DNA of 32,000 nucleotides from Haloferax volcanii DS2 (lineage in GTDB: Archaea > Halobacteriota > Halobacteria > Halobacteriales > Haloferacaceae), in the NCBI RefSeq assembly GCF_000025685.1, contig NC_013967.1, forward strand, positions 120,001 through 152,000. The letters are read 5' to 3'. Below the pieces are notes generated by a model, which saw only the letters and a list, made by a program, of their open reading frames with translations, was not told the DNA's origin and searched no databases. Position numbers and translations under genes: made by a program. This document shows positions 7,203 through 16,193 of the stretch, piece after piece. Each line of letters starts with the position of its first letter. Position 1 is the stretch's first letter.

Positions 7203-8030
7203 TCACAGCGATTCGCGGAGGAACGAGAACACCCGTTTTCGCACCGCGGGATAGTGGTACGACGAGTGCAAGAAGACGTGGTCGGCCGCGTCGACGGCGT
7301 CGTACTCGACCTGTGTTCCGGCCCCTTCGAGCGCGTCCGCCAACCGGGCGCTCTGGTCCGGTGCGACGACCGAGTCCTCGCTCCCGTGGAGCAACAGCGT
7401 CGGCGGCGCGTCGGCATCGGCGTCGGTGTCGTCATCCACGTAGGTAATCGGCGAACACCGGCGCAACTCGGCGGCCGACGGCCGGTTCTCGAACAGCGGC
7501 AGCGACTCGCCGGCGTGCTCGTGGTCGTCGGCTCGGAGGTCATAGACGCCGGAGACCCCGACCGCGGCGTCGATATCTGTCCGGCGACCGAACTCGCCGT
7601 CCGAAAGCGCCGCCAGTAACGCGAGGTGCGCCCCCGCGGAGTGACCGACGACGGCGACGGCGTCCGTGTCGATTCCGAACTCGTCGGCGCGGTCCGTCAG
7701 CCAGTCGATGCCCTCGCACACGTCTTCGATTTGCGCGGGGAACGGCGCTTCGTGCCCGAGTCGGTACGACACCTCGGCCGCGACGAACCCCCCGTCGGCG
7801 GCGTCGAGCGCCCAGCGGGCGAACTGGCCGGTCGAACCGGTCTCCCACGCGCCGCCGTAGACGTAGACGACGAGCGGCCGGGTCGGTTCGGCCGCCGGCG
7901 ACGCTGTCGTTTCGGCTATCTCGGTCGCTGCGGGCGATTCGGGGCAGTACACGTCCGCGGTCAGCGTGCGCTCCTCGCGGTCTGCGACGGTTCGGTTTCG
8001 ATGAACGAGAACGTCGGAAGGGCGGGGCAT
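7203..8030 (-). CDS. Alpha/beta hydrolase (esterase/lipase-like)
   Basis: 275-aa ORF. Contains YGGAW (oxyanion-hole region), the nucleophile elbow GHSAG, and C-terminal LLLHGSED...DH. Confidence 0.8.
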   Translation of the reverse strand: MPRPSDVLVHRNRTVADREERTLTADVYCPESPAATEIAETTASPAAEPTRPLVVYVYGGAWETGSTGQFARWALDAADGGFVAAEVSYRLGHEAPFPAQIEDVCEGIDWLTDRADEFGIDTDAVAVVGHSAGAHLALLAALSDGEFGRRTDIDAAVGVSGVYDLRADDHEHAGESLPLFENRPSAAELRRCSPITYVDDDTDADADAPPTLLLHGSEDSVVAPDQSARLADALEGAGTQVEYDAVDAADHVFLHSSYHYPAVRKRVFSFLRESL

Positions 8031-8122
8031 ACCGAGTCGTCGGGTCGGCAGCTTCTATCGGTTTGGGAGACGGCGAGTAGCGGGTCGTCGAGAAGGGGTG
8101 AACTACCGGCGGGGCGCGGCGA

Positions 8123-9109
8123 TTACTCGGCTATCTTCGCGCGACCCGGCTCGATGAGTTCGTCGAGGTAGTCCGCGAGCGCGCCCTTCGCGTCGGCCGG
8201 GTGGAGTTCGCCGGATTCGAGATCGGCCTCCAGCGTCTCGTAGTCGTCGTAGTCGAGGTTCCCGCCGTACTGTTCGGGGCGCTCGACGACGACCCGCTCG
8301 AAGCGCGGGAAGACGTGGTACTCGAAAATCTGGAGGACGGGGTTCTCGCGCTCCTCGCCCTCGTCGGTCGGCTCGGGGTCGGCCGTCGGCGGGCAGAACG
8401 CGCCGTTGACCTTGTCTTCGATGTCCTCCGTGGAGTCCTCCATCGAGATGGTGACGCCCTCGGAGGAGGACATCTTGCCGATGCCCGTCCCGAGGTCCGC
8501 GATGAGCGGCGTGTGCATGCAGGTCGGCGACTCCTCGCCGATGCTCGGGAGCGTGTCGCGGGCGAGCATGTGGACCTTGCGCTGTTCCATCCCGCCGATG
8601 GCGAGGTCCACGTCGAGGTAGACGATGTCGAGCGCCTGCATGATGGGGTAGACCGCCTGCGCGACGGTGACGCCGTCGCCGCTTTTGATTTCGGCCATGG
8701 CGCGCTCGGCGCGCGAGAGCGTCGTCTCCAGTTCGACCGCGTGCAGGTCGAGGACGTAGCTCTCGTCGAGCTGGTACTCCGAGCCGAGGACGAACTCCGT
8801 CTGGCTCTCGTCGAGGCCGTAGGCGATGAACTGCGCTTTCATCCGCTCGGCCGTCTCGCGAATCTCCTCGAACGTGCCCTTCCCGTTGAGGTAGGCGTGT
8901 ACGTCCGCCAGCAGCACGACGACTTCGAAGCCCGCCGCTTGGAGGTCGATGAGCTTGTTGGCGGTGAGCATGTGACCGATGTGGAGGACGCCGGAGGGCT
9001 CGTAGCCCACGTACGCTCGCTTGCCCTCGGGGTCGTCGGCCAGCGCGCGCACTTCGTCCTCCGTGACCACTTCGGAGGCGTTCCGAGTGATCAGGTCGTA
9101 TGCGTCCAT
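8123..9109 (-). CDS. tyrS: Tyrosine--tRNA ligase
   Basis: ORF 8123..9136. Contains YVGYEPSGVLHIGH (HIGH region) and KMSSS. I prefer ATG 9109 (MDAYDLITRN). Confidence 0.93.
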   Translation of the reverse strand: MDAYDLITRNASEVVTEDEVRALADDPEGKRAYVGYEPSGVLHIGHMLTANKLIDLQAAGFEVVVLLADVHAYLNGKGTFEEIRETAERMKAQFIAYGLDESQTEFVLGSEYQLDESYVLDLHAVELETTLSRAERAMAEIKSGDGVTVAQAVYPIMQALDIVYLDVDLAIGGMEQRKVHMLARDTLPSIGEESPTCMHTPLIADLGTGIGKMSSSEGVTISMEDSTEDIEDKVNGAFCPPTADPEPTDEGEERENPVLQIFEYHVFPRFERVVVERPEQYGGNLDYDDYETLEADLESGELHPADAKGALADYLDELIEPGRAKIAE

Positions 9110-9198
9110 ACACGTCCGGTGTCGGGGACGTGGCATATGACTTCTGGAAGCCGCCCGCGGGCGAAACGGACAACACCCACCGGTCCCAACTCCGGGTG

Positions 9199-9504
9199 AT
9201 GTCCGACTCAGGAACCACGACGCGTGCGCCCGTCATCATCTTCGCCGCGCTCATCCTCGTCGTCTTCGGCCTGCTCGCGGTCATGTGGGCGTCGGTCCGC
9301 GGCGGCCACCTCCTCCCGCACATCCTCGGCTTCGCCGTCTACTTTCTCGCGTTCCACGTCTACCTGCCGTACCGAGTCCACAAGGACGCGACGCTCAAGG
9401 GGCGAAACGCGACGTTCTGGGCCGTCATCGCCTTCTTACTGCCGCTCGTCGGCGCGGCGCTGTACTTCGTGGTCGCCGTCGTCGGCCACGACGCGACCGA
9501 CTAA
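9199..9504 (+). CDS. Small membrane protein with a PLD-nuclease-N-terminal-like (PLDc_N) domain
   Basis: ORF 9100..9504, trimmed to ATG 9199 (MSDSGTTT). About 3 TM segments. The C-terminal FWAVIAFLLPLVGAALYFVV is typical of PLDc_N. Confidence 0.6.
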   Translation: MSDSGTTTRAPVIIFAALILVVFGLLAVMWASVRGGHLLPHILGFAVYFLAFHVYLPYRVHKDATLKGRNATFWAVIAFLLPLVGAALYFVVAVVGHDATD

Positions 9505-9519
9505 TCCCTCGCTTCGACG

Positions 9520-11589
9520 CTATCCGCGCCGGTTCTCGGCGCGGTGTTCGGAGATAATCTGGTCGACCATCTCCTCGCGCTGTTCCTTCTGCCGTTCTTC
9601 CGCCCGGTCTTCCCAGTCGGAAATTGCAGATTCGACTTCGGACTCCTTCGCCACGGCGAGTTCGTCTATCTCCTGAATCGTCACGCCGCCGGCGGGTGCG
9701 ACCGGCACGTCGGCCTCGAACAGCACCTCGTCTGCGGCCTCCGAGAGGTTGCCCGACCGGAGGACGACCTTGGGGTCGAACTCGGCGAGGCGCTCGGCGG
9801 TCGTCCGCCCCGCCCCGCTGGCGTCGCGGAGGTAGACCACGTCGCCCGCGGCGATGCCGTACTCCTCGACGGTGTGGTCGAGCGCGCCGTTGGTGAACTG
9901 CTCGACGATTTTGACGGGCACGAGATTTCCGCCGGATTCGTTCGCTTCGCTCTCTCTTCCGGCGACTTCCCACTCGCTGTCGCTCGTGAAAATCCCGTTC
10001 GTGTTCACGTCCGCGAAGTTCGAGTGGTCGAGCTTCCACAGCGACTTCAGCTGGTCGAGCTTGTCTGCGAGCTCCGCCTTGTCGGATTCGAGCGATTCGA
10101 CTTTCCGCTCTAACCGACCGTTCTCGCGTTCCAGTCGGGTGACTTCGCGGCGCTCGCGGGCCTCGCGACGCTCCTCGCGGCGGGCGTCGGAGAGTTCCTC
10201 CTTGTACTCCTCGATGGTCTCGTCTTTCTCCTCGATGGTCGACTTCAGGTCCCCGACGTGCGATTCGAGGCGCTCGACCCGCGACCGCAACTCCCGAATC
10301 TCGCGTTCTTCGGGCGTGAGTTCGGGTTCCTCGTGAGCCTCCTCGTCGGCGTCGTCGGGGTCGCCCCCGTCGCCGTCGTCGGCCATCTCGCGGAGAACGG
10401 CCTCGACCGACTCCTCGCTGACGAGGACGCGGGCGATGACCTCCTCGCGGTCCACGTCGGCGGGCACCTTCCGGGAGATGCGCTCGAACTGGTCTTCGTG
10501 GTCGTCGAAGGCGAACAGCGCCGCGGCGAGGGCGTCGCGCTCGTGGTCGTTCTCGTAGTCGACCTCGCGGGTTCGGTGGAGCTTCTCGTCCACGGGGATG
10601 TCGCTCGCGGGGGCCCAGCCGGCGGCGTCGAAGCTCCGGCGGAACTTCTCGACCGTCTCGGGCATCGGCTGCACGTCGGCGGCGACGAGACTCGGTCGCC
10701 CGCGCTCGATGAGCCACTCGATGACGGCGGCGGTGTCGGCGGTGCGCGTCGAGTGCACGTCGAGGACGCGCCCGTCGAGGCCGACGACGGCGACGGCGGT
10801 GGTCGTGCCGGGGTCGATGCCGACGATGACGCGGTCGCGGCGCTTCACGAGCGGTTCGAACTCGATGCCGTCGCGGCGCTCGCGCTCGATTTCGACGCGG
10901 GTGTCGCCCGAGCGGTGGCTGGACACGGGGATGTCCTCGGGCCGCCCTTCGACGGTAAACAGCGCCTGCGAGTAGCCGCCGTACTTCTCGGTCACGTCCC
11001 GTTCGTAGTCGAGGTTGGCCTCCTTCAGCGAGGACTCGACCTCGCGGGACTGCTGTTTGACCGACCCGTGGATGCGGCGCGTGTAGCGGTCCTGACTCCA
11101 CCCGCCCTTACCCGTCGAGCGGCCGCGAGAGACCTTCACGGTCGTCGTGTTCTCGAATGCGGCGACCTCGTAGCCGACGTTGGCGAGGGCGAGCCGGGCC
11201 GCGGCCTCGGCCTCCTTCATCGGGTCTTTGCCGTAGGGGACGCCGTGGCGCGAGGCGACCCGCGAGAGCGGTTCCGGTCGCTCCGCGCCGGTCACTTGCA
11301 CCAACTGCGTCCCGTGGGGGAGCCACCGCAGGAAGCGGACTAAATCGTCCTTGTCGGTCGCCAACTCGTACATGTTGTCCGTGGCGACGACGCGCGGTTC
11401 GTCGCGCTCGATGAGGCGGCGTAACTTGCGGAAGGAGACCACGTCTCGTTCGATTCGGACCTCGTCTGACTCGGTGTCTCGGGTGTCCAACACGACCAGC
11501 GCGTACGACGGCGAGTCGCCGCGGATATCGCCGCTCTGGATGTCGACGCCGAAGACGACCGAGTCGAGCGCACTCGTCCGGTCGTTCAC
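9520..11589 (-). CDS. DUF460-type protein: two RNase-H-like modules, a long acidic coiled coil, and a C-terminal domain
   Basis: ORF 9520..12108. The conserved part begins at VVFGVDIQSGD. The second module contains VIVGIDPGTTTAVAVVGLDG. Heptad-rich region: ELRSRVERLESHVGDLKSTIEEKDETIEEYKEEL...LERKVESLESDKAELADKLDQLKSL. I propose the start at in-frame GTG 11589, which sits 26 nt downstream of a TATATATT box. The start position is uncertain. Confidence 0.8.
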   Translation of the reverse strand: MNDRTSALDSVVFGVDIQSGDIRGDSPSYALVVLDTRDTESDEVRIERDVVSFRKLRRLIERDEPRVVATDNMYELATDKDDLVRFLRWLPHGTQLVQVTGAERPEPLSRVASRHGVPYGKDPMKEAEAAARLALANVGYEVAAFENTTTVKVSRGRSTGKGGWSQDRYTRRIHGSVKQQSREVESSLKEANLDYERDVTEKYGGYSQALFTVEGRPEDIPVSSHRSGDTRVEIERERRDGIEFEPLVKRRDRVIVGIDPGTTTAVAVVGLDGRVLDVHSTRTADTAAVIEWLIERGRPSLVAADVQPMPETVEKFRRSFDAAGWAPASDIPVDEKLHRTREVDYENDHERDALAAALFAFDDHEDQFERISRKVPADVDREEVIARVLVSEESVEAVLREMADDGDGGDPDDADEEAHEEPELTPEEREIRELRSRVERLESHVGDLKSTIEEKDETIEEYKEELSDARREERREARERREVTRLERENGRLERKVESLESDKAELADKLDQLKSLWKLDHSNFADVNTNGIFTSDSEWEVAGRESEANESGGNLVPVKIVEQFTNGALDHTVEEYGIAAGDVVYLRDASGAGRTTAERLAEFDPKVVLRSGNLSEAADEVLFEADVPVAPAGGVTIQEIDELAVAKESEVESAISDWEDRAEERQKEQREEMVDQIISEHRAENRRG

Positions 11590-11611
11590 GACGGCGACTA
11601 GGGTCGCGCCG

Positions 11612-11619
11612 AATATATA
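11612..11619 (-). promoter_or_regulatory. TATA box for the DUF460 gene
   Basis: The minus strand reads TATATATT, centred about 26 nt upstream of GTG 11589. Confidence 0.45.
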
Positions 11620-11761
11620 CTCCACGCCGGTTGCGGATACCGACTCGCCTCGGGTGTCGCGTTTGCCCGTCTCGGCCGACGACGCCGTTGCCACCGACGA
11701 CACCGCCGCCGGGACCCGCGATTGACACGAAACAAACAAGTTTCGGCTATTTGAAAGTAGA

Positions 11762-12754
11762 GTGATAAGTTCTGACATCCCCGACCCGCCGTCGGTGACC
11801 TCCCGGTCGCTGACGCGCATCGCCCTCATCGGTGTCGTCGCCCTCCTCCTTATCGCCGCCCCAATCGCCGGGGTCCTCGCGTGGGAACCCGTCGAGGAAG
11901 GGAACGTCAAGGTGGTCAAGAAGTGGGGCGCGACCACCGGCACCGTCTTCGAACCCGGCGCGCACTTCGTCAACCCCGTCTCGCAGTCGACCTCGTCGCT
12001 GTCGGTGCGACCGCAGTCGTACACGATGTCGTCGTCGACGAGCGAAGGCGACAGGCGCGGCGACGACGCCATCACCGTCCTGAGCGAAGACGGCCTCCGG
12101 ACGGACATCGATGTGACCGTCCGCTACCGAATCGACGCCGGACAGGCGGTCGAGTTCTACCGCAACTACCGGACGCTCGCCACCGCCGAAGAGCGCCTGA
12201 TTCGCCCGTCGATTCGGTCGGTGCTCCGGACCGAAGCGGGCCGACTGCCCGTCACCGTCATCTACACCGGCGAGAGTCAGACCCAGTTGAAGGCCGCCGC
12301 CGAGCGTGAACTCGCCGAGGAGTTCGCCGACGACGGCCTCATCCTCGAAGCGGTGCAGGTCCGCAACGTCGAACTCCCCGCCGAGTACGCGCAGGCGGTC
12401 GAACAGAAGGAAATCACCGAACAGCGCCGCCAGCAGAAGCAGGACGAACTCGCCGTCGAGGAACTCGAAGCCGAGCGCAAGCGCATCGAGGCGCAGGGGC
12501 AGGCGGACGCCAACCGCATCCTCGCGGAGTCGCTGTCCGACGAGGTGCTGGCCCAGAAGTACATCGGGAAACTCGACGAGACGGACACCGTCTACATCCC
12601 GGTCGGCGACGGCGGCTACCCGCAGTTCGTCCGGTCGCTCGATAGTGACGGGTCGTCCTCGTCGGGTTCGTCCGCCGGTTCGTCGTCGGACACTACCTCG
12701 GCGTCGTCGAGGTCGTCGACCTCGTCCGGCTCCGAAAACGAGACGAGCAACTGA
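11762..12754 (+). CDS. SPFH/Band-7 (prohibitin/stomatin-family) membrane protein
   Basis: 330-aa ORF. It has an N-terminal TM segment, an SPFH core (VKVVKKWGA..., DIDVTVRYRI, VQVRNVELP), a coiled coil (EAERKRIEAQGQADANRILAESL), and a Ser-rich tail. The GTG 11762 start is uncertain; in-frame GTG 11795 fits better with the CTATTTGA box at 11747-11754. Confidence 0.85.
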   Translation: MISSDIPDPPSVTSRSLTRIALIGVVALLLIAAPIAGVLAWEPVEEGNVKVVKKWGATTGTVFEPGAHFVNPVSQSTSSLSVRPQSYTMSSSTSEGDRRGDDAITVLSEDGLRTDIDVTVRYRIDAGQAVEFYRNYRTLATAEERLIRPSIRSVLRTEAGRLPVTVIYTGESQTQLKAAAERELAEEFADDGLILEAVQVRNVELPAEYAQAVEQKEITEQRRQQKQDELAVEELEAERKRIEAQGQADANRILAESLSDEVLAQKYIGKLDETDTVYIPVGDGGYPQFVRSLDSDGSSSSGSSAGSSSDTTSASSRSSTSSGSENETSN

Positions 12755-12762
12755 CGCCGTCG

Positions 12763-13107
12763 ATGCGTCTCCTCCGTGAACTGGCCGTCGCGGTCGCGTT
12801 GCTGGTCATCGTCGGCGTCCTCGCGCGCTCCGGTGTCGGCCGGTTCGTCCTGCCGGTCGTCGGCCTCGCGGTCGCCGCGGCGCTCGTGGCGCTCCTCGCA
12901 ACACAGTCGGCGTACCCACGGACGGCCGTCGGCCCGCGGACGAGAATCATCGAATCGGCCGCCCAGTCCGCGGACGCCGCCTGCGTCGAGTGCGGGTCGC
13001 CCGCGACGGCGCGCCGGCGCTACGTCCGCGAGTGGGTCGTCCTCGGGGTTCCCGTCGTCCTCCTCGACGACGGCGAGAACCCGGTCTGCGACGCCCACCG
13101 CGACTGA
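12763..13107 (+). CDS. Hypothetical two-TM protein with a C-terminal zinc-ribbon-like CxxC...CxxH domain
   Basis: 114-aa ORF starting 9 nt after the SPFH stop. Two hydrophobic helices are followed by CVECGSPATARRRYVREWVVLGVPVVLLDDGENPVCDAH. Confidence 0.55.
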   Translation: MRLLRELAVAVALLVIVGVLARSGVGRFVLPVVGLAVAAALVALLATQSAYPRTAVGPRTRIIESAAQSADAACVECGSPATARRRYVREWVVLGVPVVLLDDGENPVCDAHRD

Positions 13108-13149
13108 CCCGACCTCGTCTTTCGGCTCGATGGCCCGTTCAGCGGCCGC

Positions 13150-14028
13150 TCAGACGAGCCTGCCCGTCGAGACGAACTCGACGCGCCCGCCGACGCGGAC
13201 CGCCACCTCGTCGCCGCGGTCCTCGGCTTCGAGGTGGAGTTGGGACGGTCGGCCCATCTCGTAGCCCTGCTCGACCGTGACCTCGATTTCGTCGTCTCCG
13301 AAGTAGCGATGGCGGGCGAGGTAGCCAGCGAAACAGCCGTTCGCGCTCCCGGTTGCGGGGTCCTCGGTGACGCCGTGGCCGGGCGCGTACATCCGCGCCG
13401 CGAAGTCGTTCGCGTCGTCGCGGGGGTCCGGACAGAACAGAAAGAGGTTCTCGACGCCCACGTCGTCGAAGAACGACCGGTACGCCGGGGTAAACACCTC
13501 GCTCCGGGCGAGCGCGTCGCGGTCGCGGAGCGGAATCATCACCGCCGGGAGGCCGGTCGAGACGACCTGTATCGGCCAGTCGGCGTCGAAGTCGTTCGCG
13601 TCGAGCGACAGCACCTCCGCGAGCGTCTCGCGGTCGAGTTCCGCGCCGAACCTCGGCGCGTTCTGCGTCATCCAGTACTGCTCGCTGTCGCTTCCGTCGC
13701 CCCGGACCTCGACCGAAATCGGACCGACGCCGAGGTTCAGCGTCACCTCGTCGCCCGCGCCGAAGTGGTCGCGGAGGACGGCGGCCGTCCCGAGCGTCGG
13801 GTGTCCGGCGAACGGAATCTCGCCGTCCGGCGTGAAGATGCGAACGTCGTAGCCATCGTCGGGCGACCCGCCCTCGATGAACGTCGTCTCCGAGTAGTTC
13901 ATCTCGTTGGCGAGCGCGGCCATCTGCTCGGAACGCAGCGCGTCCGCGTCCTCGAAGACGGCGAGTTGGTTGCCGGCGTACTTCGCCGTGGCGAACGCGT
14001 CGACGGTGTGGAAGGCGTTCTGCGGCAC
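13150..14028 (-). CDS. PhzF-family isomerase-like protein
   Basis: 292-aa ORF. Contains FHTVDAFATAKYAGNQLAVF, the SETTF motif, and GHPTLG, which are typical of PhzF/YddE. Confidence 0.85.
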   Translation of the reverse strand: MPQNAFHTVDAFATAKYAGNQLAVFEDADALRSEQMAALANEMNYSETTFIEGGSPDDGYDVRIFTPDGEIPFAGHPTLGTAAVLRDHFGAGDEVTLNLGVGPISVEVRGDGSDSEQYWMTQNAPRFGAELDRETLAEVLSLDANDFDADWPIQVVSTGLPAVMIPLRDRDALARSEVFTPAYRSFFDDVGVENLFLFCPDPRDDANDFAARMYAPGHGVTEDPATGSANGCFAGYLARHRYFGDDEIEVTVEQGYEMGRPSQLHLEAEDRGDEVAVRVGGRVEFVSTGRLV

Positions 14029-14082
14029 ATCGACGGGTGCGCGCGGGCGAGGGAAAAGCGTACCCGTACCGCGGCCCCCGGA

Positions 14083-15036
14083 CTACTCCCCGGTCTCCGC
14101 CCCGCCGCCGTCGCTGTCGGCGTACGGGACCTCCAGTTTCTGGCCGTCCTCGGCGACGAACGCCTCGCCGTCGTACACCTCGCGGGCCTGTTCGAGAAGC
14201 GGGCTCGGGTCGGCGGCGTACCGGGCGGAGATGTGCGTCAGCGCGAACCGCCGCACGTCTGCGTCGCGGGCGACGCGGGCGGCCTCCCGCGCGGTCGAGT
14301 GCGCGGTCTGTTTCGCCCGCTCGGCCTCCTCGTCGGTGAACGTCGCGTCGTGGACGAGCAGGTCGGCGTCGCAGGCGACCTCGACGGTCGAGTTGAGCGG
14401 GCGGGTGTCGCCGGTGTAGACGACGGTTCTGCCGGGTCGGGGGTCACCGACCACCTGCTCGGAGCGCACGACGGTTCCGTCTTCGAGTTCCACGTCCTCG
14501 CCGGCGTGGAGGCGGCCGAACGCCGGGCCGACGGGGACGCCGAGTTCCTCGGCCTTCTCGCGGTCGAACCGGCCGGGGCGGTCGTCCTCGACGAGGGCGT
14601 AGCCGACCGAGGCGGTCCGGTGTTCGGTGTCGAACGCGCGGACCTCGTAGTCGTCGGCGCGGTAGGCGACGTTCCCCGGTCGGACCTCGTGGACGGAGAC
14701 GTGGAAACCGGGCTGGTAGCCGCCGGCGTGGACGAGTTGTTCGAGGTGACCTTTGCTCCCCGGCGGGCCGTGGATGGCAAGCGAGTCGTCGCGGTCGTTG
14801 AAGTCGAGCGTCTGAATCAGCCCGGGGATGCCGAGGATGTGGTCGCCGTGGAGGTGGGTGACGAACAGGTGGCTGACGCCGAACCCGGTCCCGTAGCGCA
14901 TCATCTGGCGTTGGGTGCCCTCCCCGCAATCGAACAACAGGCGCTCGCCGTCGCGGTTCACGAGGAACGCGCTCGGCGCACGCGCCGTGGTGGGGACGGC
15001 CCCGCCGGTCCCGAGGAAGGTCGCGCGCATGGACAT
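14083..15036 (-). CDS. rnz: Ribonuclease Z (tRNA 3' endonuclease)
   Basis: ORF 14083..15222, trimmed to MSMRATFLGTGGAVP (ATG 15036; alternative ATG 15030). Contains the metallo-beta-lactamase HLHGDH motif, and later FDTEH, HDATF, and LTHIS. Confidence 0.9.
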   Translation of the reverse strand: MSMRATFLGTGGAVPTTARAPSAFLVNRDGERLLFDCGEGTQRQMMRYGTGFGVSHLFVTHLHGDHILGIPGLIQTLDFNDRDDSLAIHGPPGSKGHLEQLVHAGGYQPGFHVSVHEVRPGNVAYRADDYEVRAFDTEHRTASVGYALVEDDRPGRFDREKAEELGVPVGPAFGRLHAGEDVELEDGTVVRSEQVVGDPRPGRTVVYTGDTRPLNSTVEVACDADLLVHDATFTDEEAERAKQTAHSTAREAARVARDADVRRFALTHISARYAADPSPLLEQAREVYDGEAFVAEDGQKLEVPYADSDGGGAETGE

Positions 15037-15167
15037 GCACCACGATGATAGCGGCGGGACTAAACGTGCGTCGAATCCGTCGCGGCCGCTCGCCGCCCCG
15101 AGGCGGTGCGGCCCCCCGACGCCCCGGACCGACCGATTCTTACCCGACCGTCTGCTACCGGAGTCCA

Positions 15168-16193
15168 ATGGACGCGCCGCTGTGGACCGAGACGCACGCG
15201 CCGGGGCTCGACGACCTCCCACAGCCGGAGGTCCGCGACCGCCTCCGACGCGCCGTGGACGAACCGATGAACCTCGTCGTGCAGGGCCCGCCGGGCGTCG
15301 GCAAGACCGCCGCCGTCCGCGCGCTGGCCCGTGAGGCGCACGCGGACCCCGAAAACGACCTCATCGAACTCAACGTCGCGGACTTCTTCAACCGGACGAA
15401 AAAGCAGATTCGCGCCGACCCGCGGTTCGAGCAGTTCCTCGACGGCCGCAGTCGCATGGCGAAACGCGACATGATAAACCGCGTGCTCAAGGAGTCCGCC
15501 GGCTACGCCCCGATGTCAGGCGAGTACAAGACCATCGTCCTCGACAACGCCGAATCAATCCGCGAGGACTTCCAGCAGGCGCTCCGCCGCGTGATGGAAC
15601 AGCACCACCGGACCACGCAGTTCGTCATCACCACGCGCCAGCCCTCGAAGCTCATCCCGCCGATTCGCTCGCGGTGTTTCCCGGTTCCCATGCCCGCGCC
15701 CGACGACGAGGCGCTCGAAGCGCTTCTCGCCGACATCCTCGACGCCGAGGGCGTCGACTACGACGCCGGCGGCCTCCAGTTCCTCACCGACGCCTCGAAC
15801 GGCAACGTCCGAAAAGCCGTGCTTTCGGCCCAGCGGACGGCCACCGAGGCCGACGAGGTCACCATGTCCACGGTCCACGCCGCCCTCGGCGACGTGGGCT
15901 TCGACGACGAGCTGAAGACGCTCCTCATCAACGCCCGCGAGGGCGACATCAAGGACGCCCGCAAGACCCTCACGACGCTCCTCGACGACGAGGGCTACGA
16001 GGGACAGGAGCTCCTGGCTGACATCCTCCGCGTCGCCGACTCGACCCCCGAGCGCTTCGCCGACGGCGAACTCGCCCGCCTGCACGAACTCGCGGGGCAG
16101 GTCGACCTCGACATCTCGACGGGCATCGACGACCGCCTGCACATAACCCACCTCCTCACGAGTTGGGGCGCGGACGTCCGCGGCGAGGCATAA
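15168..16193 (+). CDS. Replication factor C small-subunit paralogue (divergent, RfcC-like)
   Basis: ORF 15045..16193, trimmed to ATG 15168 (MDAPLWTETHAP). Contains Walker A GPPGVGKT and the SRC motif IRSRC. Walker B reads IVLDNAES instead of the canonical DEAD. Confidence 0.88.
   Translation: MDAPLWTETHAPGLDDLPQPEVRDRLRRAVDEPMNLVVQGPPGVGKTAAVRALAREAHADPENDLIELNVADFFNRTKKQIRADPRFEQFLDGRSRMAKRDMINRVLKESAGYAPMSGEYKTIVLDNAESIREDFQQALRRVMEQHHRTTQFVITTRQPSKLIPPIRSRCFPVPMPAPDDEALEALLADILDAEGVDYDAGGLQFLTDASNGNVRKAVLSAQRTATEADEVTMSTVHAALGDVGFDDELKTLLINAREGDIKDARKTLTTLLDDEGYEGQELLADILRVADSTPERFADGELARLHELAGQVDLDISTGIDDRLHITHLLTSWGADVRGEA

Noticed and set aside
12640-12754. A Ser-rich low-complexity DNA and protein tract at the end of the SPFH gene, considered as a possible separate repeat element
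   Set aside because: It is in frame and contiguous with the SPFH ORF. It looks like a disordered acidic/Ser tail, which is common in haloarchaeal membrane proteins.
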